Source of the DNA: Eledone cirrhosa
Lineage: Eukaryota
DNA length: 64,000 nt
Assembly (NCBI GenBank): GCA_964016885.1
Contig: OZ024741.1
Location: forward strand, 75,268,001-75,332,000
Direction: 5' to 3'
The translations under genes and the position numbers were made by a program. Positions 41,270 to 54,309 of this stretch are shown here, in pieces. The notes beneath the pieces are model-generated. The model was given only the letters and a program-made list of their open reading frames with translations. It searched no databases and was not told the DNA's origin. The number at the start of each line of letters is the position of its first letter. The stretch's first letter is position 1.

Positions 41270-41452
41270 GTTCTGTAGCAGAACAACTCTCCCTCAAGCA
41301 AGATGGGTGGATAACATCCATGAGCTCAGCTTCTCTCACCTGGGGATCCAGCCAGGTCAATTGGAAAAAGTTGCTCCTGGCAGGACCTGCTGGAAGGTAT
41401 GCTTGAGGAATCTACCTGTAGAACCCTCCCAAGAAGAAGAAGAAGAAGAAGT
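41270..41452 (+). mobile_element. 3' end of another RTE-like LINE with (GAA)n tail
   Basis: RWVDNI..LGIQPGQLEKVAPGRTCWK..L..LP. Confidence 0.5.
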
Positions 41453-42119
41453 GTAAATTCTATACAAAGCAAAGATTATAGGTAAAACGCAAAAGTTAAA
41501 AAGTACAGAGATATGATTAAAATGTTCTGTCAATATTTCTTCTTTTATATATGTTCTTTATGAATTTATGAAGGTAGGGTTGGTGATGGTAGCTTTGAGG
41601 TTCAACAGAACAGGATTTAACTGATTCACCAGACAATTTTCTTGGTTTAAATAGAAAGTTCCTTTTCTATTCATAATAATTGTTTCTACTTTTGGCACAA
41701 GGCCAGCACTTATCCTAGTGCGTTACTGGTACTTTATTTTATCGAGCCCGTAAGGATGAAAGGCAAAGTTAACCTCAGTGGGATTTGAACTCAGACATCA
41801 GCGGCTGTAACTTTATGGTGCCAATCCACCTCCAGTAATGTTTTACTTTTGGCACAAGGCCTGCAATTATTCCAGTGCATTACTGGTACTTTATTTTATG
41901 AACCCCGTAAGGATGAGAGGCAAAGCTAACCTCAGCGGAATTTGATCCCTGAACGTAAATGGCCATAACTCTATGCTGCAAGATGACCCAAATGTAATTT
42001 ATTTTGTTCTTTTGTGTGTGTGTGTGTGTGTGTGTGTGCCTGTGTGTGTATGTATGAATTTAGGTGGGGTTTTTATTGTGTCAAGAGTTGAAGTTATTTT
42101 CAGAATTTGTAAATATAGC

Positions 42120-42340
42120 AAATTCCAGCCCAATCTTCTTTCCTGCACATTACATCTAATTCTTCTTATATCCAGCTTCTCTCTCATCTTATCTATGCTT
42201 TGCCTTTCAAATATATTAACTTTACACATCCATTGAAGCATGCTTGCTTCATTTCTCTCCAGCCTTTGCATATCTTCCGCATTCACTGCCTATGTCTCAC
42301 TAACATGCAACATCGCACTTCATACACATCTGTTATATAG
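42120..42340 (-). mobile_element. RTE LINE fragment
   Basis: NAEDMQRLERNEASMLQWMC..QERRLGW. Confidence 0.8.
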
Positions 42341-42705
42341 CCTCAAAACAAACGTTTGAGAGGTATTTTCAATTGTATTAAGAACACAGCAACTTCATTT
42401 TCAGGTAGCCAGACAAAACACACCCAATATACTCTGTAAAGAAGGTAATAGGGCTGCATCCAGCTGTAGAAAACTTGCCAAACAAACCCTCAAGAGAACT
42501 CTTCAGTTATATCCAAAACATGATAACATCCCTACTTCTGGTGCCATGATAAAACACACACATTGCATTTTACAATTTTCAGAAATGTATGCAAATGAGA
42601 TGTCACAGGCACCATCTAAGTACTGACTTGCCCTGTAATGCCCATCAAATGCTTGCTAACAGAGAAAATGGACATTAAATAATTTTGATTCTTTATATAT
42701 ATATA

Positions 42706-43085
42706 TAAAATAAAGTTAAATAAAAGTCAAATGATTAAAATTTAGCTTCGTTTATTACTGCTATATATATTTCAGTGACAGCCATCTTTGGCTGTGATCT
42801 CTTCAGGCAGTTTGAATTAGTATGGTATAGACAAGTACGTATACCTCAACAACATATGTACTTGTCTATACCATACTAATTCAAACTGCCTGAAGAGGTC
42901 ACAGCCAAAGATGGCTGTCACTGAAATATATATAGCAGTAATAAACGAAGCTAAATTTTAATCATTTGACTTTTATTTAACTTTATTTTACACTACTCCG
43001 GAGTAACCAAACCAACCTGCGCACTTCGTCGAGTGCTCCAGCCTGCATACTGAGGTGTTGGTATACAACCAACATAAACTCAAAA

Positions 43086-43086
<1 letters not shown>
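42706..43086. mobile_element. Near-perfect hairpin insertion (42706-42990) with HHRs on both strands (42757-42811 -, 42885-42939 +) and a 3' extension into (TC)n(TA)n
   Basis: ACTGC-CTGAAGA-GGTCACAGCC-AAAGAT-GGCTGTCACT-GAAA-TATATA-TA-GCAGT. Confidence 0.9.
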
Positions 43087-43127
<41 letters not shown>

Positions 43128-43129
<2 letters not shown>

Positions 43130-43794
43130 AGAGTATTGAAGTTTGCTTGAAGCATTGTGGAATAATAGGTAAATATCTTTAAGTCGTTTGGAAGCCTCGA
43201 CAATGCAAATGGGTAAATCTCCGGGTAACAAGATCCTGTGGTGGAGAGAGAGATGTAAGTGGGTGTACGTTGAGATGCGTGGTGTGTATAAGACGTGTAG
43301 AAGAATGAAGGAAAGAGTATAAAGGATAAAATTAAAATAACAACACAAGAGAGAGTTACCTTGGGAGAGATTTAATTGTCCCTATATATTTCGGATTCAC
43401 ATCCATCAACTGGGGTTTTTTTTTTTTTCTTTTTTTTTCTTTTTTTCTTCTTTTTTTTTCTTTTTTTTTCTTTTTTTCAAAACAACAAACAGCGGAGGAC
43501 GCGTTTCGCACCTTTCTAACAGACAACCTTTCCCCCACCCCGGAAACAACCCCCAGTTGATGGATGTGAATCCAAAATATATAGGGACAATTAAATCTCT
43601 CCCAAGGTAACTCTCTCTCGTGTTGTTATTTTAATTTTATCCTTTATACTCTTTCCTTCATTCCTCTACACGTCTTATACACACCACGCATCCCAACGTA
43701 CACCCACTTACATCTCTCTCTCCACCACCGGATCTTGTTACCCGGAGATTTACCCATTTGCATTGTCGAGGCTTCCAAACAACTTAAAGATATT

Positions 43795-43797
<3 letters not shown>
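43128..43797. mobile_element. Inverted pLTR pair (43169-43415 / 43551-43797) in (TA)n with a variant HHR
   Basis: ~247 bp arms. CCC-CAGTTGA-T-GGAT-GTGA-ATCC-GAAA-TATA-TA-GGG (the right copy has AAAA). Confidence 0.8.
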
Positions 43798-43883
<86 letters not shown>

Positions 43884-45639
43884 TATTAAAACTCTGTGAT
43901 TGTGTGCTTGTCTGTAATGTAATACAGCCTAAACGGCATATAATGGGAAAATACCTTGAAAGGAAGATGCCTCTGAAATGGGAATACAAATAGAATAAAA
44001 CAAGTTTCACGTAAATGCAAGCACAGGTTCCCAAGATACGGTTTTACGGGTACCTTCATAAATAGAGAGAGAAAGAGATAAAGGTTGTGAGAGGATAGAT
44101 TGAAAAAGAGACATAGAGAGAGAGAGAAGGAGACACAGAAGGAAAACGGAAGAGAGAGAGAGAAAGAGCTGGTGGTGTTGTTGAATGAAATTATAACATG
44201 TGACGTCAAAGAATCAAATACAGCATTACTCACATATATATATATACGCATACACATATATATATGTATATAAACGCACGCACACACACACACACACACA
44301 CATATATGGTCCTGCCAAGTTCATTTTACATTATATACATGTCTGTATATTTTCATTATTTGAAAATTATTTTTAAGTGAACATGATTTTTTAAAAAATA
44401 TCTTCAATTGAACGTGACCTGTTGGGTCATGGGTGGTCTAGTATATATATAAATTTAATACCCAATGAAACTAAGGTTGTTAATTTAAATCCATCTGAGA
44501 TTAAAGTTGAATTTAAATTAACAACCTTGGTTTCGTTCTGAATTAAATATTTATACTTTGCAATTCTCACTGTCTTCAACTGCAAGTATATTAATCCTCA
44601 GAGTACACCTTTGATTAAGCTTAGATTCCTGATTACTGTTGACCTTAAGTATGCATAGAGCTTTACACACCTTACCAAAAATAACAGTGGATTCCTCCAC
44701 TATAATTACTTACATGATGGCTGCAAACTCTGCTAAGAATACTGCAATCGCTTGTCAGATTATGGAGTTTAGTGCACTTTTAGGCTACAGCCAGCCACAC
44801 AAACCTGTAACAGATCCTGAACAAGCAATGCCTGTGCTTTGAAGGTTTTTTAAGTGGGAAAAGGCCTTGCACTCAACCAATCCTACTCTCTGAGCATCGA
44901 AAACACTACCCGAAAAGGAGAATTGGTCAACATCATCGGATGCTTCTGAAGCCGCAGTTTTATTTCAGAGTTTTCCTCTCCTAGAAAGGTGTTGTGACAA
45001 CAACTGGATGCCTTTCACTCCCAGAGGAAAAAAAATACTATTAGGATGGCCGTTGACTCTGTTGAGTTCCTCCACCCTTTGTCGGGTCTTGTATTTCATC
45101 CAGCAGGGTGTCCAAATATCACCCTCCTCACCAAGCAAGCTTGGCTTAGTTGCAACGACCCGACCATGAGACAGGTTGTACTGGGTTACATGTTACCAGT
45201 AGCACTTGTAGCGCTCTCTAGACAAAGGGAAGTAGCCAAAGTTACTTCTCGTGGAATTTCTAGAATACTCCTTGAACTTCCGTTTCAGAGATTATAAAAA
45301 AAGGAGCAAAGGACAATCTATCTCTTTTCCACCTCTTGGCCGCCTGGCCTTAAGGCCAGGCATGGTTACGCCAAAGGTATACACTCTCTTTCACCAACGG
45401 CTCTAGAACTGACCACACCAAGCACAGATGCTAAACTTTTTCTAATCCTATCCTATACCTCAGGATTACACCACATCATGGCACGAGGTACGTTTCACTA
45501 CCAAAATTGTAACAAGCTACTTCAATAAATGCAAATCGTTACTGATACACTTTTCCGAAGTATTCGTCATGTTTCAATTACTACATCGTCATTTTCTTTT
45601 ACATCTTCTAAACAAATTAAATTAGTGGTTGGCATGTAG

Positions 45640-47510
45640 TGGTATTTACTGGAGTGAATAACCCTATGGCCAATGCACTAAACACTCAAGAACGGCCTGA
45701 CATGCATACATACATCTGTTCCCCATTCTTGGATGATAGAGGCCCTCCGACTTACTAAAATTCTAGACATTATTATCAGAGCCATAAAGAAGCTGTCTTC
45801 TTCTTGGGCTAGAGAGAAGGAGAACTCTATTTCCACTGATAAAATGGAATATCACAGGGGTATATTTCAAGGAGAGAGTCTCTCTGTGCTGTTATTTATC
45901 CTGTCATTAAACCCCTAGTCCTTTTTGCTCAAGAAATGTGAAGGATACATCATTGTCTCACAGGAGGACAGAAATACAAATTTAACCCATAATTTATTCA
46001 TGGATGACCTGAAACTCTATACCAAGTACATAAATGGGATGAAGAAAAATGTTGACCTGGTTACAACGTTCTCAAAGGATATAGGAAAGGTGTTTGGCCT
46101 AGATAAATGCTCATATATGATTATAAAGTGAGGACAAACTACAACCCAATCTAGCAACATTTGTATCAATGGCCTAACTGTTTCACCGATATCTGATGAG
46201 GACTGCTACAAATACCTGGGGATAGATGAGAGTATATCCTATAATGATATTTGTAATAAGGAATGTGTAACCAGGGAATATTACTCCCAATTAAGAAAAA
46301 TATGGTCATCAGTAAAACAGTGGCTCACAATGTGTTTGCTGTGCCTGTCCTAACACCAACATTTGGAATACTCAAGTGGACGATAGACGAAATCCAAGCA
46401 ATTGATGTTAAATCTCGAAAAATTCTAAACAACACCGGAAACTTCCACATCAACAGTGACATAGACTGCCTCTACTTGAAACATAAGCAGGGAGGCAAAA
46501 TCCTAAAATCGGTCCAGACAACATTTACAAACCTCCAAACGAAAGAGCCCATCTATTGAACAAGTCTGTCTGCATGAGACAGATAAGATTATGAGAGTTG
46601 GGAAAGAACTCCTTGAAAGATACTCCCTGCAGGATAATCAAAAACTCACACCCAGGGAAATTGCCTAGCAATACCGCAGCGAATCCATGGAAGAAAAACT
46701 GCATGCTTATCAGCAAAAAATCATGCATGGATATATTGCCAGGAAGCTCCAGAGTGAGAGTAATATAGATAAACAAAGTAATCTATCTTGGATCAACAAC
46801 CGCTATATTGGCTCCCACTTTGAACGATATGCTTTTGCAATCCAAGAACAGGAGATTAGCACGAAATACCTGATTCATAAAAGAAATAGGGATACAGGCA
46901 AAACACCTAGATGTGATAACAAGTGCAGACTGCAGAATTAACATCGAAGATGTCACCCCTGTCATAAGCAGCTGTCCAAAGATGTCATCACAGTACTATC
47001 TACCTATGAGGCATGATGTAGTGGCCAAAACACTGTACAATGCAATTTGTACAAAAGCTAGCCCCGACAATAAACACATTAAAAGTTACAGCAATGTGGA
47101 AAACATACACATACATAATTTGAAAGAGTACTGGTGGAATGTTCAGTAAATATAAATGCAGGCATAACAGGCCAGATATAATGATATGGGACAGGGAAAA
47201 GAAGGCATGCACAGTTGTGGAAGTTAGCTGCCCAGCAGATGCCAATATAATATTAAAGATTAGCGAAAAGGAGAATATCTATGCAGAACTAATAAGAAAT
47301 CTACAGATAATCTACACTGACTATACCTTCAGATTTATACCTGTAATTATTGGGGCACTGGGATATGTTAGTAACTGCCTCAGTACAAATCTTGAGAAGC
47401 TGGGCTTCACAGAAACAGAAAGAACATGACTAGTTAGAAAATTACAAGTAAAATCCATTAATGGAACAGTAAAAATATGTAAAACAATCCAAAGCATATG
47501 CATCTAATAA
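45640..47510 (+). mobile_element. Degenerate 5'-truncated R4/Dong-like non-LTR retrotransposon (RT, CCHC, restriction-like endonuclease)
   Basis: RGIFQGESLSVLLF, HNLFMDDLKLY, FGLDKC, ISSCP..YLPMRHDVVAK, HNRPDI..VVEVSCP, IPVIIGALG. Confidence 0.88.
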
Positions 47511-47724
47511 CTCCATGTACACATGTATACATACAAAGCATATACACATATAACTCAAAACATCCACATCCACACATACAATAACATCCATACCTGCACA
47601 CATGCATGCATGCCAGCATACATATCTACCTAGTTGATATTGTGTAAATTCCAATGAGAGGGTCTTGTATCCATGTAAGAAACTGACTCTCTCTCTATTG
47701 GTAAACATTTGTGAAATTATAAAA

Positions 47725-48120
47725 CCAGAAGAACATGATGGCTGAAAACTCATGTTCAAGCATTGCCATCACCTGATAAAATGCTAAAAAATGTGAGGCA
47801 CAAATGTGGCTCATTAAACCAGCCAAAGACTTGCACCCTCTGGCACACAGCTGGCAACTATAGGCTCTTCTGGGACTTTCCATTGCTTGGTTCTGACTGT
47901 GTGTTCTAATATGTCTTTTAAGACCTCCCATGCTTGCACATTCCTTGCCACATTCCTTACACATTTTCAGATCATAATCTACACATGAGGTCTACTGATA
48001 TGACTTTGTTCATGTCTAATCAAACCAGCTTTGCTCAGGCAGACTTGACCACAGTGCTGGCAAACCAGATGTTGCTCAACAGCAGGCTGTTCAGAACAGT
48101 CCATTTTCCTCACCTTCCTT
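47725..48120 (-). mobile_element. 3' end of an RTE-type LINE with three C2H2-like zinc fingers
   Basis: CQHCGQVCLSKAGLIRHEQSH, CKECGKECASMGGLKRHIRTH, CQLCARGCKSLAGLMSH. The C.S..GL..H pattern is typical of RTE C-termini; frameshifted. Confidence 0.65.
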
Positions 48121-50250
48121 TTCATACATACACACATACATAGATGATGGCTGCAACTCAATTTCGAGTAATGCTCATTTAGCATGAGCATCACAGGCGT
48201 GGCTTTTTGGTCGTGCTAGGGACTTGCCTATGACCAGCAATACCATGCATCACAAAAAATGTCACATATCAAGCGATGCCTGTGCATGAAGTTTTTTAAG
48301 TGAGGAAAGTCTTTGCACGGCACCAATCCCTCTCTCTGAACATCAATTGCATTTGCCCAAAAAGAAGAACTCGTCTACATCATTAGATGCAAATGAAGTT
48401 TCAGGTTTTATATCAGTGACCTTCTCCTAAAGAGATGTCTTAATGAAAACTAGGATTCTCTCGCTCCATGAAAAAAAAAAAAAACTTTATTGGAACGCCG
48501 TTGCCTCTCCTGTGTTTCTCTGCCATTTGATGGGTTTTGTTTTTCATCTCGACCATGCACAGGTTGAACTAGGTTACATGTTACCAGTAGTGCTGAAAGC
48601 AACCTGACATACATACACACATACATATATACATGCCCCCCACCACCGCACACACACACACACATGCATACATACATAATAAATGATAACATATTCGTGA
48701 TTGAAATTACAAGTATAATTAAGAATTAATTCCCATTAAAATGGAATAGATTTTAATCAGGTGTGCGGAAATCTCTGTTAGTCTTCACTCTTGATTTCTC
48801 CTGCTATTGCCATTAGTAGCAGCAAAGAATATGTAATAATATATTAATTAATTCTGAAATTTTCCACCTATCTTGCCCTAATGGACAATAGGTCAATTTT
48901 GTTCTACACTCATGACTGATAACTATTATCACAAGTAGGATTGAGTATCCTTCCCTCCAACCCTACACATTTGAAATAATGAACAATGGAACCATCTAGA
49001 AATTAATATTGGAACCAAATAATCATTTAATAATTCTTTCATTACCAACATTTTATTAAGAACTTTTTGTATTTTTTCATTAGACCTTTATGCCTAGTTT
49101 GGAAGAGTAGTGTTCTTCAATCATCATCATCGTCATCATTGCCACATTTTACGTCCATTTTTCCATGCTAGACAAGTTGTCCTGTTGAGGGCAATGCTAG
49201 GTCAAGTAACCATGTCTTGGTTACTTGACCATACAGAACTGATTTTGGCTTGGTTTCTACAGCTGGATGCCTTTCCTAATGCCAACCTCATTTACAGGCT
49301 GTTCTTCAAGCCATGTGTGTATTAACGTTTCCAAATCAATACAGCCCAGTCTTAAGAATCAGAATGTCATACTAGTGGTATATTGGTCACATGATATATA
49401 GTGGTCACATTATGTATATTGGACACATTATACATTGCTTGTGGTCATAAAGGATCATGTTAGTAGTAGGAAATCATGGGTGCTTCATTTGAAATTTTAG
49501 TGTTATCTTCTGACATTAATAAAGCTGTATGGAAATATGTTGCAATGGCACCTTATTGTAAGTGAATGGTTAACTAATGGGAACATACTAAGCTTGAATG
49601 ACTGATGTAACAATATATATAAAAAAGGATACGATAAAGATCCCATAACTCCTTGTGAATTCATAGAGTCACTGTCATACAGCATGTTTAGGGCACTTTT
49701 AAACCTGGCAGAGCCCAACCCTCTCCAGGTCTGAACACAGCTGATTTTTTTATAGAGGAAGAATTGACCCCAGTACTGGATAGGTACTTTTTTTATTGAC
49801 CTTGTAAGGATGAAAGGCAAAGTTGACCACGGCGGGATTTGAACTCAGAGCACGCAATGAGGTGGGATGAATACCATAAAGCCTTCTATCCAACATCTTA
49901 ATGACTCAGCCATTTCACTGCAACAATACATATATATATATATATAATCTATTATGAATTTTGTCTGTTGATAACAAAATTGTCACACACGTGTCCAAGA
50001 AAATCTTTAGCTGTTGTTTCTAATTGAAAAAATGCTAGATACTGACATTTCTAACCACCCACCAACCCACATATATGCACATACATATCTTTCTTGTATA
50101 CTGTATACACACACACATGCTCTCATTGTATTATTTATCTGGCTTGACTGATTTTGATTATCAGCATTGTACATATATTACAAGTGTGTAAACAGAAGCT
50201 TTTAGGCTTCAGTAAAAAAGAATTCATATTATATATATATATATATATAT

Positions 50251-53200
50251 GGAGGAGGTTATAGTTCACTTGAAGCATTGTGTAATGAGGTATAAACGTT
50301 TGTATATGTATAATAAAGCCAAAACAATGCAGGTATGTACATAGAATAAAGAATGCAAATGCAAAAGATATTGTTGACAATTAGTCTTTTACCTTAGATT
50401 TATTTAAATGTCCTAAATTTTCGAGATAATATTTCTTCTTCAGAGGGAATAAAGTTGTCAAATCAGTGTTCTAAATAGCTTGCCAAGTCATGCTGACAGG
50501 AAATGGTATAGAGTATCTGTTCTATCTCTAATTTCAAAAAGTTAAGATTAGGTGGATAAAGAGTAGTCTCCCTTTAAGAGGGGTTTGTTTTTTTTTTGTT
50601 TTTTTTTTGTTTTTTTGTACATGCCTGTTTAAGTGTGTGGGAGAATGCATGCAGGTGTAAGTATGTGAGTGTGTGAGTGTGAGAAGATATGTCTATACGT
50701 AAATGTGGGGGATAGATGTTATCTCGTGTTAGAACAGGTTTAGTGTGTGTATGTGTGAGAGAGAATAAGTGGAGGTGTAAGCGTGTGTGTGTGTGTGCGT
50801 GCGTGTGTGTGTGGGGGGGGGTGTAAATATGGGGCTAGGAGCTCTATCAAGTTATAAATTGGGTGTTGAGTTCTAGTCTATTATTAATTGGTGGTTGTGT
50901 TTTGTCTATAATTAGTGCTTCCTTAATTCTAAGATTGCCGAGGTTTCTTTCCTTAGTTTCTATCCTAACTGTTATGGTTTTGTCGGTATTTTTGCATTTA
51001 ACTAGGTGTTTCTTAAATGGGGAAGCGTTAGTATTGAGGTGTTCTTTTATTCTTATGTGGAGTGGTCTTGTGGTGCTACCTACGTAGAAGTTGTTGCATT
51101 TGTCACACTCTAGTCTGTATACGACGTAAGCCTGGTGGCATAGGTCTGTGTCGTTGATGGGGCAGTTGGCTAGTCTGCAGCAGTTGTCATATCTGGTGGA
51201 GTGTCTTTTGGTTAGCTGACAGCGTAGAGAAGGACCTGAGTGGGCCAGTTGGATATCTAGTCCCTCTCGTCTGATAGCTCTGCGGATGGCTGTTGTTGTT
51301 TCGTCACTGAAGTGTGGGAGCTTCAGGAAGCAAGTGTTAGTGCCTCGGGTGTGGTGTCCTCTGTTCTTTCTGGCACGGTTTGTGGTGGATGTCGTGTATC
51401 CGTTCAGTTTGAGTACTTCCAGGAAATGTGTGGTGTGTGTGTCTCGGTCTCAAGCGTCGGAGCATTTGTTCCGGATACGTGACAGTTCGTTCCATATGTA
51501 TCCGAACTTGGCACCGAGTGGGAGGGCTGATCTGAAATGTACGAACAGGTCCCTGCTGGCGGCTTTTTTATAGAAGCAGGTGTGGATGTTGCCTTCCTCT
51601 GTTACCCTGAGTTGGAAGTCCAGTAGGGATAGGGATCCGCGGTCATCGGGGTGTTCCATGCTGAACTTTATACTGGCGTCCATGCTGGAGAATGTTGTGC
51701 ATATTTTATCTGCCTCCTCACGTGATGATGTAAGGATGAGTATGTCATCTACATATCGGGTGAAGAAGGTATGGGAATGGCAGGTGTTGAGGGCTCGGCA
51801 TTCTAGCTGGTTCATGTAGGTGATGGCCAGCAGGCCCGATAGGCTGGATCCCATGGGTAATCCTGTTGTCTGTCTGTATGTGTGGTGGTGGAAGGTGAAG
51901 TACGTGTTGTCTACTGTGAAGGACAAAAGCTGGTGTATGTCCGTCGGGTGGAGGCCGTAGCAGTGGTTGTCCTCTGCGACCACGCAGTCCGTCAATAAAT
52001 CGACAGCTGGATGAGCGGGGACTGTAGTGTAGAGGGAGACAACGTCGAGGCTAAAGGCGTAACTATTTAGTTTAGGTTGTTCTGGCTGGAGTTGGTGTAG
52101 TCTACGTATAACTTCGTCGGAGCTACTGACATGCCCGGGAAAGGTGGAGAGTAGAGGCTTGAGGACCTGGGAGAGGAGCCAGGAAATTTTGTATAGGGGT
52201 CCTTCTATGCTAGAGACGATGGGTCTTATTTGCGTATTAGTGCTATTCTTGTGGGTCTTGATGAGGTGGTAGAAAGTGGGCAGTCTGCTATTTCTAGTGG
52301 TGTAGTTGAGCTTAACTTTATTAGGGAGTTGTCTTCTCCTGCAGATATCGAACCAGATGGAGTTGGTCTGTTTTTCAATCTGGGCTGCAGTCATGTCCGG
52401 GATATCTGTGTGTAATTCATTGTCGCTTAGGTGTTCAAAGGCTAGGTTGTTGTATGTGGCTTGAGAGATGACCCAACACTCTTTACCTTTGTCGGATGGT
52501 AAGTATATAAGTTCCCTATTCCGTAGGTGAGGTTAGGGGCTATCTTCTTCTGTTTCCGTAAGATGTTAAATACGGAATGTTTTAGCCTCGAGAGTTTTTC
52601 TTCAAGCTCGCGGTTGGCAGGCGGTGGACAGAGTGGGCGATCCAGTTGGTATATCGGGAATCTGGGTTTGATAGATTCCGTGGTGTTGTTGCCGAGAGTC
52701 GATGTCCATTTTAGTTGGTAGGCAGCCCGACAGAAATTCGTTTCTATGTCGAGCCATAATTTGTCGTCCAGTCTCTGTTTCAATATGAACTTGGGGCCCA
52801 GGCTGAGGAGGTCTAATTCCTCTCGGGAGAGGGATCTTGTCAAGTCTGTGACGAGGTGTTTTGCGTCAGGTGTGTTGTTGGTCGGGGCGCCGCTAGGTTC
52901 GGTGTTGGTACCGTCTTGTTCGTCTCTGTTGGTGTTTAGAGTTGGGATGTTGTTAAGACAGTTGGCCGTCCTGAGTTTGAGAAATTTTTGCGTTAGACGT
53001 ATTTTCTCGTAGTCTCGGCGATGGTGGTATGACCTGTCTATAGCGTCGGAGATGACTCTGGACAGAGGTTCTGGGGTTTCAGCGAGTTGTGGTACAAGGC
53101 TGGAAATAGTTCGTATGTGTTGTTGTAGCGTGCGGTGTAGGTGTTGTAAAAAAAAAAAAAAAAAAAAAAACCCTCTTAAAGGGAGACTACTCTTTATCCA

Positions 53201-53462
53201 CCTAATCTTAACTCTTTGAAATTAGAGATAGAACAGATACTCTATACCATTTCCTGTCAGCATGACTTGGCAAGCTATTTAGAACACTGGTTTGACAACT
53301 TTATTCCCTCTGAAGAAGAGATATTATCTCGAAAATTTAGGACATTTAAATAAATCTAAGGTAAAAGACTAATTGTCAACAATATCTTTTGCATTTGCAT
53401 TCTTTATTCTATGTCCATACCTACATTGTTTTGGCTTTATTATACATATACAAACGTTTATA
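50251..53462 (-). mobile_element. Penelope-like element, near full coding length, with inverted HHR-bearing pLTRs (50291-50585 / 53171-53462) in (TA)n
   Basis: LSLGPKF, PSDKG, LIKTHK, IRPIVS, SLDVVSLYT, GLPMGSSLS, YVDD, then in-frame past one TGA (51450) to VVY..CDKC..YVGSTTRPLHIRIKEH..KH..KEA..IN, stop at 50847. One frameshifting deletion near 52525. HHRs at 50409-50449(-) and 53303-53345(+). Confidence 0.95.
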
Positions 53463-53711
53463 TATATATATATATATATATATTTTAAAAAAACGTTGTA
53501 TATACTGAAGTTCTCTAAGTGTTTTATAATTTTCGCAGATTACATTTTTTATCATTTTTTTTATTACTTTCTGTATTTAGATATTCTAAATAAATTTTAA
53601 AAATTATGTTATGCAATATTTAAATACCTTTTAACATCTTTTATTCTAATGGAAATGGACATTATGACAGATGACAGTAGGTACCTTATGAATAGATTTG
53701 AGCACAGTACA

Positions 53712-54301
53712 CTAGTGGACTCCCAGCCTTCACCCCACTCTGTATGTGTGCATAAGCTCTAGTTAGTTATTGGACATACAGAAACACACACATATTCACA
53801 CACAAAAATACACGGTAATACACTCATTAAGTTTTAGTTAGTTAGAGCAAGGGGTGGAATGGAGTGAGTGAGAGCTGAAGTAGTGTTTCACTCTCTCTAT
53901 AGATAGCATGAGGGATGATATATATATAAATATACAGATAAGGAGAAAAAGAGGTAGTGAGAAAAAAAGAGAGTGGGGCAGATGTCAGGCCGGTGGACAA
54001 CAAACGTTTTAGATAGTTAGAGAGAGGAGGAGGAGGTGGTGGTTTGAGTGAGGGTTGTAGTGTTTCCCTCTCTCTATAGGGATAGCATCACAGAGGAAGA
54101 GACAGTATTTGTGTGTTAGAAATAGCAGTAAATTCTCCTCTAACTTGCTACCACCATTCCATTTTCAGAAAATAAGTCCTCAGTTAGCTTGAGGGATATC
54201 AATTAGTTGGAAATACATGAAAAAACTTAATTATTATCAATTTTATTTAGTGATGTTTGCGGTCAACGTGCAAACAAACTTCCGTTTTATAAGGATATAG
54301 A
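53712..54301 (-). mobile_element. Non-autonomous Helitron
   Basis: 5' A|TCTATATCCTTATAAAA, 3' degenerate GC-rich hairpin then CTAG|T. Confidence 0.6.
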
Positions 54302-54309
54302 TACATGTG

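Noticed and set aside
47695-48194. Host C2H2 zinc-finger gene
   Set aside because: No TGEKP linkers, frameshifted, RTE-type finger pattern followed by a retroelement-like tail
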